The translations under genes and the position numbers were made by a program. Positions 41,249 through 51,226 of a stretch of 64,000 bases of DNA are shown one piece after another. Every line of letters begins with the position of its first letter. Positions within the stretch are counted from its first letter, which is position 1. Under the pieces are notes generated by a model. It was not told the origin of the DNA. It made no database searches and worked only from the letters and a program-made list of their open reading frames with translations. Source of the DNA: Nitrospirota bacterium (GTDB lineage: Bacteria > Nitrospirota > UBA9217); the NCBI GenBank assembly GCA_035623825.1, contig DASPSR010000030.1, positions 20,504 to 84,503 of the forward strand. Reading direction: 5' to 3'.

Positions 41249-41434
41249 ATGGCAAAAACAGATAAAATTTCAGTTTATTATGACAAGGAAAAAGATGGAG
41301 ATTTGAAAGGGATGATAAAGAAATTGTCGGAAAGTGAGGGGAATTTTTTCCGCCGTTCTGAAAGCGAAATCATAAGAATGATATTGTCGAAAGCGCTACC
41401 TAAAGAATTAGAAAAATTTGCGCTGAAAAAATGA
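41249..41434 (+). CDS. Small putative ribbon-helix-helix DNA-binding protein
   Basis: KISVY strand, a helix, then RSESEIIRMIL helix. AGGTG RBS and its own promoter. Confidence 0.5.
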   Translation: MAKTDKISVYYDKEKDGDLKGMIKKLSESEGNFFRRSESEIIRMILSKALPKELEKFALKK

Positions 41435-41705
41435 TGAGTTCCAAGATATTAAACCTTGTGTTTTAAGAAAGGTTTGCAGTTTGCTAATGGTTGAAGGACC
41501 TGAGATTCTCGTTCGTGCTCAGAGTCAAGCCGCAATGAAGTTTTTCGAAAGGGGGGATCACACTAAGATCTGGAACTCATTAGCAACAAGACGCAACAAT
41601 ACCGTTTCTTCCATTGCCCGGCTGCAGTTGACGATACACAGTAGGCGATCCAATAGGAGATAGAGGTATATCACGGTAATGTTCTTGCTAAGGAGACAAT
41701 CGGAT

Positions 41706-42098
41706 ATGAAAACTATACTGTTGGTTGATAATAATCTCGCTTTTTTGTATGACATGGGAGAGGTTTTGAGCATGTTTGGATACAAGGTTATTCAAAAACC
41801 TGATGCAGAATCCGCGCTATCCATCATTCAGAAAGGGGTAAGGGTTGATCTTGTAGTGACGGATTATCATATGCAAGGGATGAATGGCCATGAATTTCTT
41901 TATGCTCTCAAAAAGATTTTGCCATCTGTGCCGACAATTATGCTTACCGCACACGGATCCGTGGAGACCTATTTAAAATCTCTCAGCCTTGGCGTGTTCG
42001 AGCATCTCCATAAGCCGGTCGAAACAAAGGAATTGGGCCGTATCGTTGAGGCAGCACTCGAATGGTCAGATGCCGGTCATTCCTTGTCTGTTTCATGA
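41706..42098 (+). CDS. Single-domain response regulator
   Basis: ILLVDNN, DLVVTDYHM, MLTAHG, HKP. AAGGAG RBS. Confidence 0.85.
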   Translation: MKTILLVDNNLAFLYDMGEVLSMFGYKVIQKPDAESALSIIQKGVRVDLVVTDYHMQGMNGHEFLYALKKILPSVPTIMLTAHGSVETYLKSLSLGVFEHLHKPVETKELGRIVEAALEWSDAGHSLSVS

Positions 42099-42555
42099 TG
42101 TGGGGGATCAGCACTTTCGCCATGTGCTGACGAGACGGGCACCTCTTGCCTGTCCATGAACTTTTAAAGAAAGCTGTCGGTGTAAAATTTTTCTTCACTT
42201 TTCACGCTATTTCCCTTCTCCAAATACTACCCCGGAAGGCCCGCCAATGATACCTGTTTTAGTTCACGCCTGAGAAAAATGCCGGGTTATGGAATTTTAA
42301 GTTTCCAAGTCTCGATAATTCTGCTATCGAGTCAAATTATAAAGACTGGAAGAGAAATACTGTAGGAAAGTATTATTTATGATATAGTATCTAACTAAGG
42401 GGCTTTATCCACTTTCACTTGACACATTATATCTAAATGAATAAATTACATCAAGAAAATACAGCCCAATCTCAACCGAGCGGAATGCAGTCGTTCATTC
42501 GGCGTGATTGCCGTGCCGGGGTCGCCAGGAAGGAGATAGTGGACAGGTTATACTT

Positions 42556-42930
42556 ATGAAGACAATACTTCTGGTAGATGATGATCGAGACGTATTGAGT
42601 TACTTGGAGGACACCTTGGCCACGCTTGGCTACAATGTTATCCCAAAACCAGATGCAGCGTCTGCCCTGTCCGCCATCCGGGACGGGGCGAAAATTGATC
42701 TTGTGGTGACGGATTACCGTATGCCGGGGATGGACGGCCATGAATTTTTCACTGCGCTCAAACAGGCGCTGCCGTCCGTTCCAGTAATTATACTCACTGG
42801 ACATGGCTCTGTGGAGACCTATTTGAAGTCTCTGAGCCTCGGGCTGTCAGATTATGTCAGTAAGCCTGTTGAGCCAAAGGAACTCGATCGTATTGTGAAA
42901 GCGGCGTTACGCAGGTCAGAGACGGAATGA
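42556..42930 (+). CDS. Single-domain response regulator (paralog of 41706)
   Basis: ILLVDDD, DLVVTDYRMPGMDG, LTGHG, SKP. TTGACA-N17-TAAATT at 42419-42447. Confidence 0.88.
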   Translation: MKTILLVDDDRDVLSYLEDTLATLGYNVIPKPDAASALSAIRDGAKIDLVVTDYRMPGMDGHEFFTALKQALPSVPVIILTGHGSVETYLKSLSLGLSDYVSKPVEPKELDRIVKAALRRSETE

Positions 42931-43119
42931 TTTTCATGCAGAGATAGAATATTCCACCATTCTATTTAAGTGGATAGGAGGACATATTCATATAGGTACC
43001 ACTTCCGGGATCTAGTAACCGCCTGATTTCTTTGATCAATTGTAGGTTCCAGTCGCGCTTCGGGAAGTTCATGATAATTAATGTCGCGTTTCCTTCACGG
43101 CCCAGGTAGTGAGGGGGTA

Positions 43120-43500
43120 ATGTTGTTAATAAGAACCCTTACGATAATTACCCTACTCCTTATAATTGGCGGGTGTTCGACTACTCGCGTTGTCATGCTT
43201 TATGAATCGGCTAATTATCCACCGACCACCAATGTGGAAATTTTATCGGCAGCTCCAGACAGGCCGTGTAAAGCGATTGCTATACTGGAAACGACTGGAC
43301 CAGCTAATACGCCGCTCCCCGATCTCTTGGAAAGCATGAGGCAAAAGGCTAAAGCTATTGGCGCTGACGCAATCATTCCGACACAAGAGGCAAGTCAGCG
43401 GCAGGTGCGGAATAGTCTGTATGTCCCATGGGTGAGTGAAGGTCAGAGTACGGATGCTGTCGTACCGAAGATACGGGGTATCGCAATTAAGTATCAATGA
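43120..43500 (+). CDS. Small lipoprotein (YbjQ/DUF4156-like motif)
   Basis: Lipobox IGGC, then MRQKAKAIGADAII...GIAIKY. GAGGGGG RBS. Confidence 0.7.
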   Translation: MLLIRTLTIITLLLIIGGCSTTRVVMLYESANYPPTTNVEILSAAPDRPCKAIAILETTGPANTPLPDLLESMRQKAKAIGADAIIPTQEASQRQVRNSLYVPWVSEGQSTDAVVPKIRGIAIKYQ

Positions 43501-43552
43501 AAAGGCGACATCCGGACTGAGCGTACGACGGCGCTCGACCTGGGCAGTAATT

Positions 43553-44575
43553 ATGAGGATTAACCGAATTGATTCAATCCGTGTCGCAGCAATCCTAGCT
43601 GTCATATGTATTCATACCAAGCCGTTCTTGGGACCCGCCTACCCCTCACCACCATACAAATTGTTCGGCCTCCTCATAAACCAGGGGAGCCGTTTTGCCG
43701 TTCTTTTTTTCTTCATCATTTCGGGATATTTCTTCGCTTGCAAATTAACACAGGGAGACGGTCCATTCGAGCTTGCGAAAAAATATAGCTCTTAAATTCT
43801 GCCGGCTTTCTTATTCTGGGATTTCATCTATCTCTTGTCGCCAGCGCTTACGGACGAAGTCCTGAAATACGGGATCCTGCGTCCAATATATTGGAATGCG
43901 CGTCATTTGATCCAGAACCCGCCCGCTCTCGTGTTTGAAGGCACAAAAGTCCATCTGTGGTTCATGGTTTCACTTTTGCTCGCTTTATGGATGTTGGCAT
44001 TTATGGTTCATCTGAACGTGAGGCAAAGAAACGTATTTGCCTTTTCTGTCGCACTGTACTGTCTGGGGTTGCTTGGAGGATCCTATGCGACAACTCCAGT
44101 TGGAATCAGCCTGCATTTCAATACGCGGGATTTCATTTTCCTCAGCATGCTGTGCGTAACGGTCGGATGGGCATTGTCTCAGCACGATGTGAAATTATTC
44201 TTCAGATTCGCAGGCATGTTGATAGGCCTCGGACTTGCCTCGCATCTGGCGGAAGCCTACCTGCTCTGGAAGTATTGGCGCGTAGACCCGAGTAAAAACG
44301 ATTACCTCATCGGAACAGTATTCTTTGCTACGGGTGTGGTGCTCTTGTCCCTGAGAAAGGCAGGGCGTGACACGGAAACACTTATATCTCGATTCGGTCG
44401 CTACACGCTCGGCATATACGGTGGGCCTTATGTTTTCGTAGATATGCTCGAGCCGTTGGGACATTATATCCCGACGGGACTTTGGCAAATTGCATTTCCC
44501 GTGTTTGTCTACGCACTATCCCTGACTGCAGCGATTGCCTTGTCTCGGACACGGCTGAGACCGTTCGTCGCTTAG
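43553..44575 (+). pseudogene. Acyltransferase_3 family membrane O-acyltransferase interrupted by an in-frame TAA (43793-43795)
   Basis: RIDSIR.AAILAVICIH, RFAV..FF.ISGYF, stop, then HLWF..SL and GRYTLGIY in the same frame. Confidence 0.8.
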
Positions 44576-44593
44576 CAAAGGCGTGAAAACAAG

Positions 44594-45736
44594 CTATTTG
44601 TTTACGGGTGCCGCACCCGCAGCAGACGGTTGCGCGGTCAGTGTCGGCTCGCTTGCCGGCTTTGGTACGGACGGGACGGCGGGAGGCTGCGAAAGAACAG
44701 GCATCGTATGCGTAGTCCTCAACTGCATCGCCTTTGTCAAGTAATAATATCCTATTGACACGGAGAGCACAATGAGTACGCCAGTTGCGGCCAACAGTAT
44801 CTTCGTGAATGTCCCCATCCCAGGTGCCTGGGATATTGCCACTTTTTCGTCTTCGGGCGGAGCCTCGAAGACTTGGACGTCCACAAGGTAGTCCGAAATC
44901 CGTTTGAGCGAAGTCGGTTTGTCCATACCTTTGATTCTCTTCCCAAGCGCCCGTGCGAGCTCCTGCATGGACCCATACCGCCTGTGCGGCTTTGTTTTAA
45001 GGCACTTTTTGATGATGCGCTGGAGGCTCCGCGGGATATCGCTGTAAATGCTGCGCGGCGCCAGGAATTTTCCTTTCAATATTCTTGAGCTGCTCGAGTC
45101 GTCTTCCTCTTCCGGAAATGGTTTTACCCCTGTGAACATCTCATATAGCACGATACCGAACGAGAAGATGTCCGACCGGGCATCGAGCGGCTGGCCCATG
45201 ATCTGTTCCGGAGACATGTAGGATGGTGTGCCCATGAGGGTGCCCGGCAAGGTGAGAGATTCCATCTCCCGGAGGCGGGCAATGCCGAAGTCCATGAGCT
45301 TTACCTCGCCGTTCCGCTTAACCATAATGTTGCCTGGCTTGATGTCGCGGTGAATGAGCCCGCGCGAATGAGCGTACTCCAGGGCGCTTGCCACCTGGAG
45401 TGCAATCATGACTCCGACATCGGTCGGGAGTGCGCCAGTCTCCTCGATGATCCAAGCAAGCGTGGATCCGTCCACGTACTCCATGACAATGGCGTAGTTG
45501 GGTTGTGCCAGATAGTCGTAGACGTGGACGATATTTTCGTGCTGGAATGACGCCGCCATCCTGGCTTCACGTTCGAAGCGCTGTGCGACCCTGCTGTCGG
45601 CTTGGTATGCCTTTTTCAGCTCTTTTATGGCCACAGGACGGTTGAGCGACCTCTGCACGGCCTTGTACACCGTTGCCATCCCCCCGGAGCCAAGTTCGGC
45701 GATGATTTCGTATTCGTCTTTTATCCTTTTCGGCAT
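44594..45736 (-). CDS. Hanks-type Ser/Thr protein kinase with TM and Pro-rich tail
   Basis: LGSGGMATVY, VAIK, HRDIKPGN, DFG, YMSPEQ, SDIFSFG. Confidence 0.92.
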   Translation of the reverse strand: MPKRIKDEYEIIAELGSGGMATVYKAVQRSLNRPVAIKELKKAYQADSRVAQRFEREARMAASFQHENIVHVYDYLAQPNYAIVMEYVDGSTLAWIIEETGALPTDVGVMIALQVASALEYAHSRGLIHRDIKPGNIMVKRNGEVKLMDFGIARLREMESLTLPGTLMGTPSYMSPEQIMGQPLDARSDIFSFGIVLYEMFTGVKPFPEEEDDSSSSRILKGKFLAPRSIYSDIPRSLQRIIKKCLKTKPHRRYGSMQELARALGKRIKGMDKPTSLKRISDYLVDVQVFEAPPEDEKVAISQAPGMGTFTKILLAATGVLIVLSVSIGYYYLTKAMQLRTTHTMPVLSQPPAVPSVPKPASEPTLTAQPSAAGAAPVNK

Positions 45737-45777
45737 GGCGCTGACAGACTCCCTTTCACACAGAATACCTGTCCCTA

Positions 45778-46539
45778 TCAGACGTATCCTATTCTTACCA
45801 CGACGGCTGTTATATTGTCCACCCCTCCGTTATCATTTGCCAGGCGTATAAGGCTCTCTGCTGCAGCCGGAGGCGTTTCGCTAGCTAGGATTCGTGCGAT
45901 GTCGTCATCTCTGACCATCTCCGTCAAGCCGTCGGTGCAGAGGAGGAGCGTGTCGTTCTGCTTGACCTCGAACGTGCGAAGATCTGCGTGGACGTCTGGG
46001 TGAATGCCGACGGATCGCGTGATCACATGCCGGTAGGGGCTCATCCATGCCTGTTCCTGCGTGATCAATCCGGCGCGCACTTGCTCCGCCACGAACGAGT
46101 GATCTTCCGTCAGCTGCTTGAGTGTTCCGTCACGGAACAGATAGGCGCGGCTGTCTCCCACATGGGCCAGAACGGCAGTCCGGGACCGCAGGAGAACAAC
46201 GGTAACGGTCGTCCCCATGCCGGCGAGCACCGGATTCTGCTCTGCTGCCCGGAGTACTGCTGCATTTGCCAGGATTACTGCATCCCTGAGCGCCGAGACG
46301 CATTGATTTGTATCTTGGGAATTATGGGATGAGGGCCCGCCTCCGCCGCGTGCAAACTCATTGTGCAGCGCTTCAGACAGTGCTTCCAGGGTCATTCGGC
46401 TTGCCACTTCTCCGCCTTCGTGGCCGCCTATACCATCAGCAACAGCGTACAGTCCGAGTCCGTCGTCCGCCAAGAAGGCATCTTCATTGTTTGGCCGCTT
46501 TTTGCCCGGGTCTGTTTTCCCTGAGGAGATCTGTTTCAT
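45778..46539 (-). CDS. PP2C-type (Stp1/PrpC) Ser/Thr phosphatase
   Basis: R..NED, VADGIGGH, MGTT, HVGDSRAY, CTDGL, GGVDNIT. Confidence 0.92.
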   Translation of the reverse strand: MKQISSGKTDPGKKRPNNEDAFLADDGLGLYAVADGIGGHEGGEVASRMTLEALSEALHNEFARGGGGPSSHNSQDTNQCVSALRDAVILANAAVLRAAEQNPVLAGMGTTVTVVLLRSRTAVLAHVGDSRAYLFRDGTLKQLTEDHSFVAEQVRAGLITQEQAWMSPYRHVITRSVGIHPDVHADLRTFEVKQNDTLLLCTDGLTEMVRDDDIARILASETPPAAAESLIRLANDNGGVDNITAVVVRIGYV

Positions 46540-46664
46540 AAGGATCTGCAGCAAACTGTCTTCCAGTTCTCACGTTAGGGATTTCCCGACTTTGATTGTA
46601 TGATAGATGAAGCACGGCATGGCGTCAAGCTTTAAAAAACAACATACGCAGTACAAGGAGTTTC

Positions 46665-46693
46665 TTGCTATTTTTGCATCAACATTTTATAAT
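46665..46693 (+). promoter_or_regulatory. sigma70 promoter of the acyl-CoA synthetase gene
   Basis: TTGCTA-N17-TATAAT. Confidence 0.55.
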
Positions 46694-46930
46694 GCAAAAT
46701 GATCTGCTATGCGGTCAGCCGTCGTAGAGACAAGAATCCTCCGACCATCTTGCCTTCTCCATCCGCTGAGAGATACCTCGATCAGGGGAAAATGCAGTAT
46801 CCGATTCATTTGAAAAATTCCTGATCATCGTTACCGACGCGCTTTTATGCGATCAGGATGAACAGTGATATGATGGGCTGCGTCTATCGCATTCTTGGCA
46901 GTGCTGGCACTTCCCTATCCAGGAGACGAT

Positions 46931-48607
46931 ATGGATTTTAGCTTCGATGCAAAAGACCACGAATCGGCGCGTAAGTCATTTAAAATCCAGGTGCCCGAGT
47001 ACTTCAACTTCGGCTTCGACGTGATTGATCGTCACGCCGAGGTCGAGACAAAGCGCGCCCTTGTCTGGACCGACCCTGACGGGCAAGAGGTCAAAGAATA
47101 TACATTCAGGGACATCTCGGCCCTTTCGAATCGTGCAGCGAATGTCCTAAAGGGGGTCGGCGTGAAGAAGGGCGATCGCGTGTTCATCATGCTAGGCAGG
47201 ACCCCGGAATGGTACTTCATCCTCGTGGCATGCCACAAGCTCGGAGCCGTGATCATGCCCGCGCCGGTTATCCTTCTGGCAGCGGACATCGAGTACAGGC
47301 TTATGAAGGGCCAAGCGAACGTGGTGATCACCAACAACGCGAACCACAGGAAGGTCGATGAAGCAATCCAGAGAATAGACGCACCGTTCCTGAGGCAAAA
47401 AGTTCTCGTTGACGGCGAGGCACCGGGCTGGCACACATTCGAGCTGTTGATGGATGGCGCATCTCCGATGCTCAAGCGGTCTGATGTAGAGCGGACCTCG
47501 ACTCATGACTCGTTCCTCATCTATTTCACATCGGGCACGACTAGATATCCAAAGATGGTGCACCACATCGGCTCTTATCCGCTTGGTCATCTGCGGACTG
47601 CGGCGTTGTGGCACAATCTCACCGGCAAGGATCTCATCTGGGTTGTCTCGGACACGGGCTGGGCAAAGTCGGCCTGGGGCCTGTACGGCCAGTGGACGAT
47701 TGGCGCTGGGCTTTTCGTACACCATGCCAAGGGACGCTTCAACGGAAAGCTTACGCTCGAGCTTCTAACAAAGAAGGGAGTCACCGTATTTTGCGCACCA
47801 CCCACGGTCTACCGCATGCTGATCCTCGAAGATCTCACAAAGTATGACTATTCAGGCCTCAAGCACTTCACGTCAGCCGGTGAGCCGCTCAATCCCGAGG
47901 TGATCAAGGCATGGAAAGATGCTACGGGCAAGACGATCCATGAAGGCTACGGACAAACCGAGACGACGGTGCTCGTTGCGAACTATCCGTTCATGACCGT
48001 AAAACCGGGGTCCATGGGAAAGCCGGTACCAGACCTGACCATCGAAATACTCGATGAGGACTTCAAGCCCGTGCATCCGGGAGAAGTGGGCTTTATTTGC
48101 GTCAAGATCAATTCAGTCAAGCCGGTAGGCATCTTTGAAAGCTATCTTGATGATCCGGAAGAAAATAGCAAGGTTTTCCAGCACGGGTGGTATAATACGG
48201 GAGACAAAGCAATCAAGGATGATGAGGGCTACTTTACTTTCGTTGGCAGGGGAGACGATATCATCAAGGCTTCAGGCTATCGCATCGGCCCCTTTGAGGT
48301 AGAGAGCGTGATCCAGGAACACCCCGCTGTTGCAGAGAACGCGGTCGTGGCGAGCCCGGACTCAGTCCGGGGCGAGATTGTGAAGGCCTTCATCGTACTC
48401 GCGCCGGAGTATAAACCCTCGGATAAGCTTGCTCAGGAAATCCAGGAATTCGTGAAAGCCCGCACTGCTCCGTATAAATATCCACGCGAAATCGAATTCA
48501 TAAGCGAGCTGCCGAAGACCGTAAGCGGCAAGATAAAGCGCGCGGTGCTTAGAAGCCGCGAGATAGAGCGAAAGCGGGGAAAGACCGGGGGCGGATTAGG
48601 AGGGTAG
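46931..48607 (+). CDS. AMP-forming acyl-CoA synthetase (short/medium chain)
   Basis: YFTSGTT..PK, SAGEPLNPE, GYGQTE, GRGDDIIKASGYRIGPFE, LPKTVSGKI. AGGAG RBS. Confidence 0.92.
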   Translation: MDFSFDAKDHESARKSFKIQVPEYFNFGFDVIDRHAEVETKRALVWTDPDGQEVKEYTFRDISALSNRAANVLKGVGVKKGDRVFIMLGRTPEWYFILVACHKLGAVIMPAPVILLAADIEYRLMKGQANVVITNNANHRKVDEAIQRIDAPFLRQKVLVDGEAPGWHTFELLMDGASPMLKRSDVERTSTHDSFLIYFTSGTTRYPKMVHHIGSYPLGHLRTAALWHNLTGKDLIWVVSDTGWAKSAWGLYGQWTIGAGLFVHHAKGRFNGKLTLELLTKKGVTVFCAPPTVYRMLILEDLTKYDYSGLKHFTSAGEPLNPEVIKAWKDATGKTIHEGYGQTETTVLVANYPFMTVKPGSMGKPVPDLTIEILDEDFKPVHPGEVGFICVKINSVKPVGIFESYLDDPEENSKVFQHGWYNTGDKAIKDDEGYFTFVGRGDDIIKASGYRIGPFEVESVIQEHPAVAENAVVASPDSVRGEIVKAFIVLAPEYKPSDKLAQEIQEFVKARTAPYKYPREIEFISELPKTVSGKIKRAVLRSREIERKRGKTGGGLGG

Positions 48608-48822
48608 AAGATTTAATGCACGATGCCTACCACCGAAGCAGGGAGGGAAAAGGAGGCTTTGCGCTCATTACGTGATGGAGTTACATGAATTGCCAAAACA
48701 GATGAACACTGATTTACTATGATGAGGCTTAGACAAGTTTAGAATTGGTCAAATTTAGTATTGGTCAAAAAATGCAATTCGGATCATGAAGATCCAGCGA
48801 ACATCGGCGAAAGTATTTATTT

Positions 48823-49464
48823 ATGAAATATAAGATCGATCTGCATGTCCATTCAAAATTTAGCGGCGATAATGATGCAGACCCAGAGGAAGCGGTCATC
48901 CGGGCAATCGCACTAGGGCTTCACGGCATCGCTTTCACCGAACATTATTACTACGGCGCATCGGAGCCTGCCGAAATTCTGAAGGAAAAATACAATCACA
49001 GCATCAGGATATTCCGCGGTGTCGAGTTCTCAGCGGCCGAGGGTCACTGTTTGATTTTCGGCGTCAATACCGACAAGCTTTCGGTCAAACACGCTCCGGT
49101 CATCGATGTAATCAAGATTGTCGGCAAGCACGGCGGCGTAGTGATTCCATCGCATCCATTCAGGCCAGGAACGAGCTTCGGCGATCTCGTTCGGAACATG
49201 CCCGGCGTCTCGGCCCTCGAAGGGTGTAACGGATGCAACATGCATGCGTTCAATGTGAGAGCAATCGAGGCCGCGCGGGCGTTGAACCTTCCCTATACGG
49301 GCGGATCTGATGCCCATGCCTCTCAGGATGTGGGCTCCTGCTTCACGGAGTTCTCTGAAGACGTGACTTACGAGAATTTTATCGGTTTGCTGAAGGAGGG
49401 GAAATACCAGGGCGTGGATACAAGAAAAATATCAAGGGTGCCCTCACCGATGTTGCAGTGGTGA
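48823..49464 (+). CDS. PHP-domain metal-dependent phosphoesterase
   Basis: DLHVHS, FTEH, GVE, GH, HP, GGSDAH. Confidence 0.88.
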   Translation: MKYKIDLHVHSKFSGDNDADPEEAVIRAIALGLHGIAFTEHYYYGASEPAEILKEKYNHSIRIFRGVEFSAAEGHCLIFGVNTDKLSVKHAPVIDVIKIVGKHGGVVIPSHPFRPGTSFGDLVRNMPGVSALEGCNGCNMHAFNVRAIEAARALNLPYTGGSDAHASQDVGSCFTEFSEDVTYENFIGLLKEGKYQGVDTRKISRVPSPMLQW

Positions 49465-49750
49465 ATGCGCTGAATTATGCCGCAAAATGTCTTTTTGCAA
49501 CGATCGACGCTTAAAAATCAAGATACCACAGATCCGTCTGTCACCATCGCCAATCTGAACATGTTGAATTCACTCGAATCGCGTGATTGCCTCCAACCAC
49601 ATAGATGAGCGGATGATTCCCGGCCTCTACCGCACCGAGCAAAACAGCATCTATGATCAGCGGTACACGGCGACGGCAATCTATTGACTGAAAGACCTCC
49701 CCGGACATCCGTACCCGAGAGCTTTCTGGACAAACCGCTTGATCGTCCCT

Positions 49751-50962
49751 CTATCCGTCATCGCGGCGGGGACCCTCCCCGGAAGCGGCACAGTATTGAT
49801 TCACCCTCCGTGGCGTCGACCTAATCCAGCTCGAAAGGAGGAATGACGGCGTGCGCATCATGAGCCATTTCCAGAACTGTTCATATCCAAGCTTCCCGGC
49901 AGGTATATCAAGAAACTTCTCGAGCGCTGCAGGATTATCGAAAAATACACGGATGAAAAGTCTCTGATACCGGTCAAACAGCTTTCCCATGGAGAGTGCA
50001 ACGCGCAGGTTCTTCCCGATGAGCAGTTCGCATTCACGCCGATACCATGAAAAGGACGCTGATTCGTCTCCCGCAGAAGTGACGATATCGGCTAGGGCCC
50101 TTGCCGCCAACTTCCCCGACAGGATTGCGTAAGATATCCCTTCTCCGTGGAACGGGTCTGCAAAGCCCGCGGCATCACCGACGAGCAGTATCCTCCCCGA
50201 CTGTATCGTTCTTTTTATTCCGCCCCGGGGGATGAGATGACCACGAATATCACTGAGCGGGATGCCGAGGCCGCGGGAGAATGCGGACAAAGCGTCCTGA
50301 TGACGGAATGATGTCGAAGACAAAGCCATGATCCCCACTGAACGGTATCCGCGATGAGGAAAGACCCAGCCGTATCCCATGGGGGCTATTCCAAAATGCA
50401 TTTCCAGATGGCCGCGGAGGTTCTCGCTGCTGTTCCCATTATTTCCGGGGGCGCAGCTCACGAGGGCCACGGAGACCTCTTCCCTTGTGAAAGGCGGCCT
50501 TACGGCCCGCGCTACAACGCTGTGGACGCCGTCGGCTCCGATGACATATCGCGCATGATACGCGGACGAGTCAGTTCTCACTTCCACAGAGTCCAGATGC
50601 GAGGTCACCGTAGCACATGATTCATTCGGAAAGAATTGCGCACCTGCTTCGATCGCTTTTTCCAAAAGAAAGGAGTCGAATTTGTCGCGGCTGACGAGCA
50701 CTGCGATCCGGTGCTGTTTCGTCACCTCAACGGAACGGCCGTGATAGTGGATTCGTGCCCCGTAACATTCCTGCTCTGCAATCGCCGATGGCAGCGTGAA
50801 GTCAAGGTAGGACAGCGCCTGCTCAGAAACGGCACCGCCACAGGGCTTTGAGCGGGGAAATGTGTCACGGTCGATGAGCGCTGTTGTCAAACCAGCGGCA
50901 GCGCATGCCCGTGCGCAACTCGAGCCCGCTGGCCCGGCCCCGACGATGAGCACATCAAACAT
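49751..50962 (-). CDS. Geranylgeranyl reductase family FAD oxidoreductase
   Basis: GAGPAG, FPR.KPCGG, GADG, GYGWVFP, GDAAG..DPF.GEGI. Confidence 0.88.
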   Translation of the reverse strand: MFDVLIVGAGPAGSSCARACAAAGLTTALIDRDTFPRSKPCGGAVSEQALSYLDFTLPSAIAEQECYGARIHYHGRSVEVTKQHRIAVLVSRDKFDSFLLEKAIEAGAQFFPNESCATVTSHLDSVEVRTDSSAYHARYVIGADGVHSVVARAVRPPFTREEVSVALVSCAPGNNGNSSENLRGHLEMHFGIAPMGYGWVFPHRGYRSVGIMALSSTSFRHQDALSAFSRGLGIPLSDIRGHLIPRGGIKRTIQSGRILLVGDAAGFADPFHGEGISYAILSGKLAARALADIVTSAGDESASFSWYRRECELLIGKNLRVALSMGKLFDRYQRLFIRVFFDNPAALEKFLDIPAGKLGYEQFWKWLMMRTPSFLLSSWIRSTPRRVNQYCAASGEGPRRDDG

Positions 50963-51226
50963 GGAACTGCCTCCTATCAGAATATGCCGACGCTGACCTG
51001 TTCGGGCGTGATCTTACAGCCACATTATGGGATATTTCGCATCCCTACTACGGGAGTTTAGCACCCCCGAAAAAGAGAGTCAAGAACGCAAAGGGGCGAT
51101 TGAGAAGAATCTGAACAACGATGATAACGTCCTGTCCGCGGCAAATGAACAGGTCACTGAAAGTATGATGAGAATGAAAAACTCAAGTCGGGTTTCTGAG
51201 AAAGAATGGGCAGAGCTCGATCCAGT

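Noticed and set aside
42460-42540. c-di-GMP-I riboswitch before the second receiver
   Set aside because: Only the 3' GCCGGGGTCGCC resembles it; the GGCAAA and GCAAAG/GGAAAG elements are missing.
43793-43795. Stop-codon recoding in the acyltransferase
   Set aside because: The codon is TAA, not at a Cys position, and no recoding hairpin was noticed.
44594-46539. Type VI secretion PpkA/PppA module
   Set aside because: No T6SS or FHA genes are in the window; this is a generic kinase/phosphatase pair.
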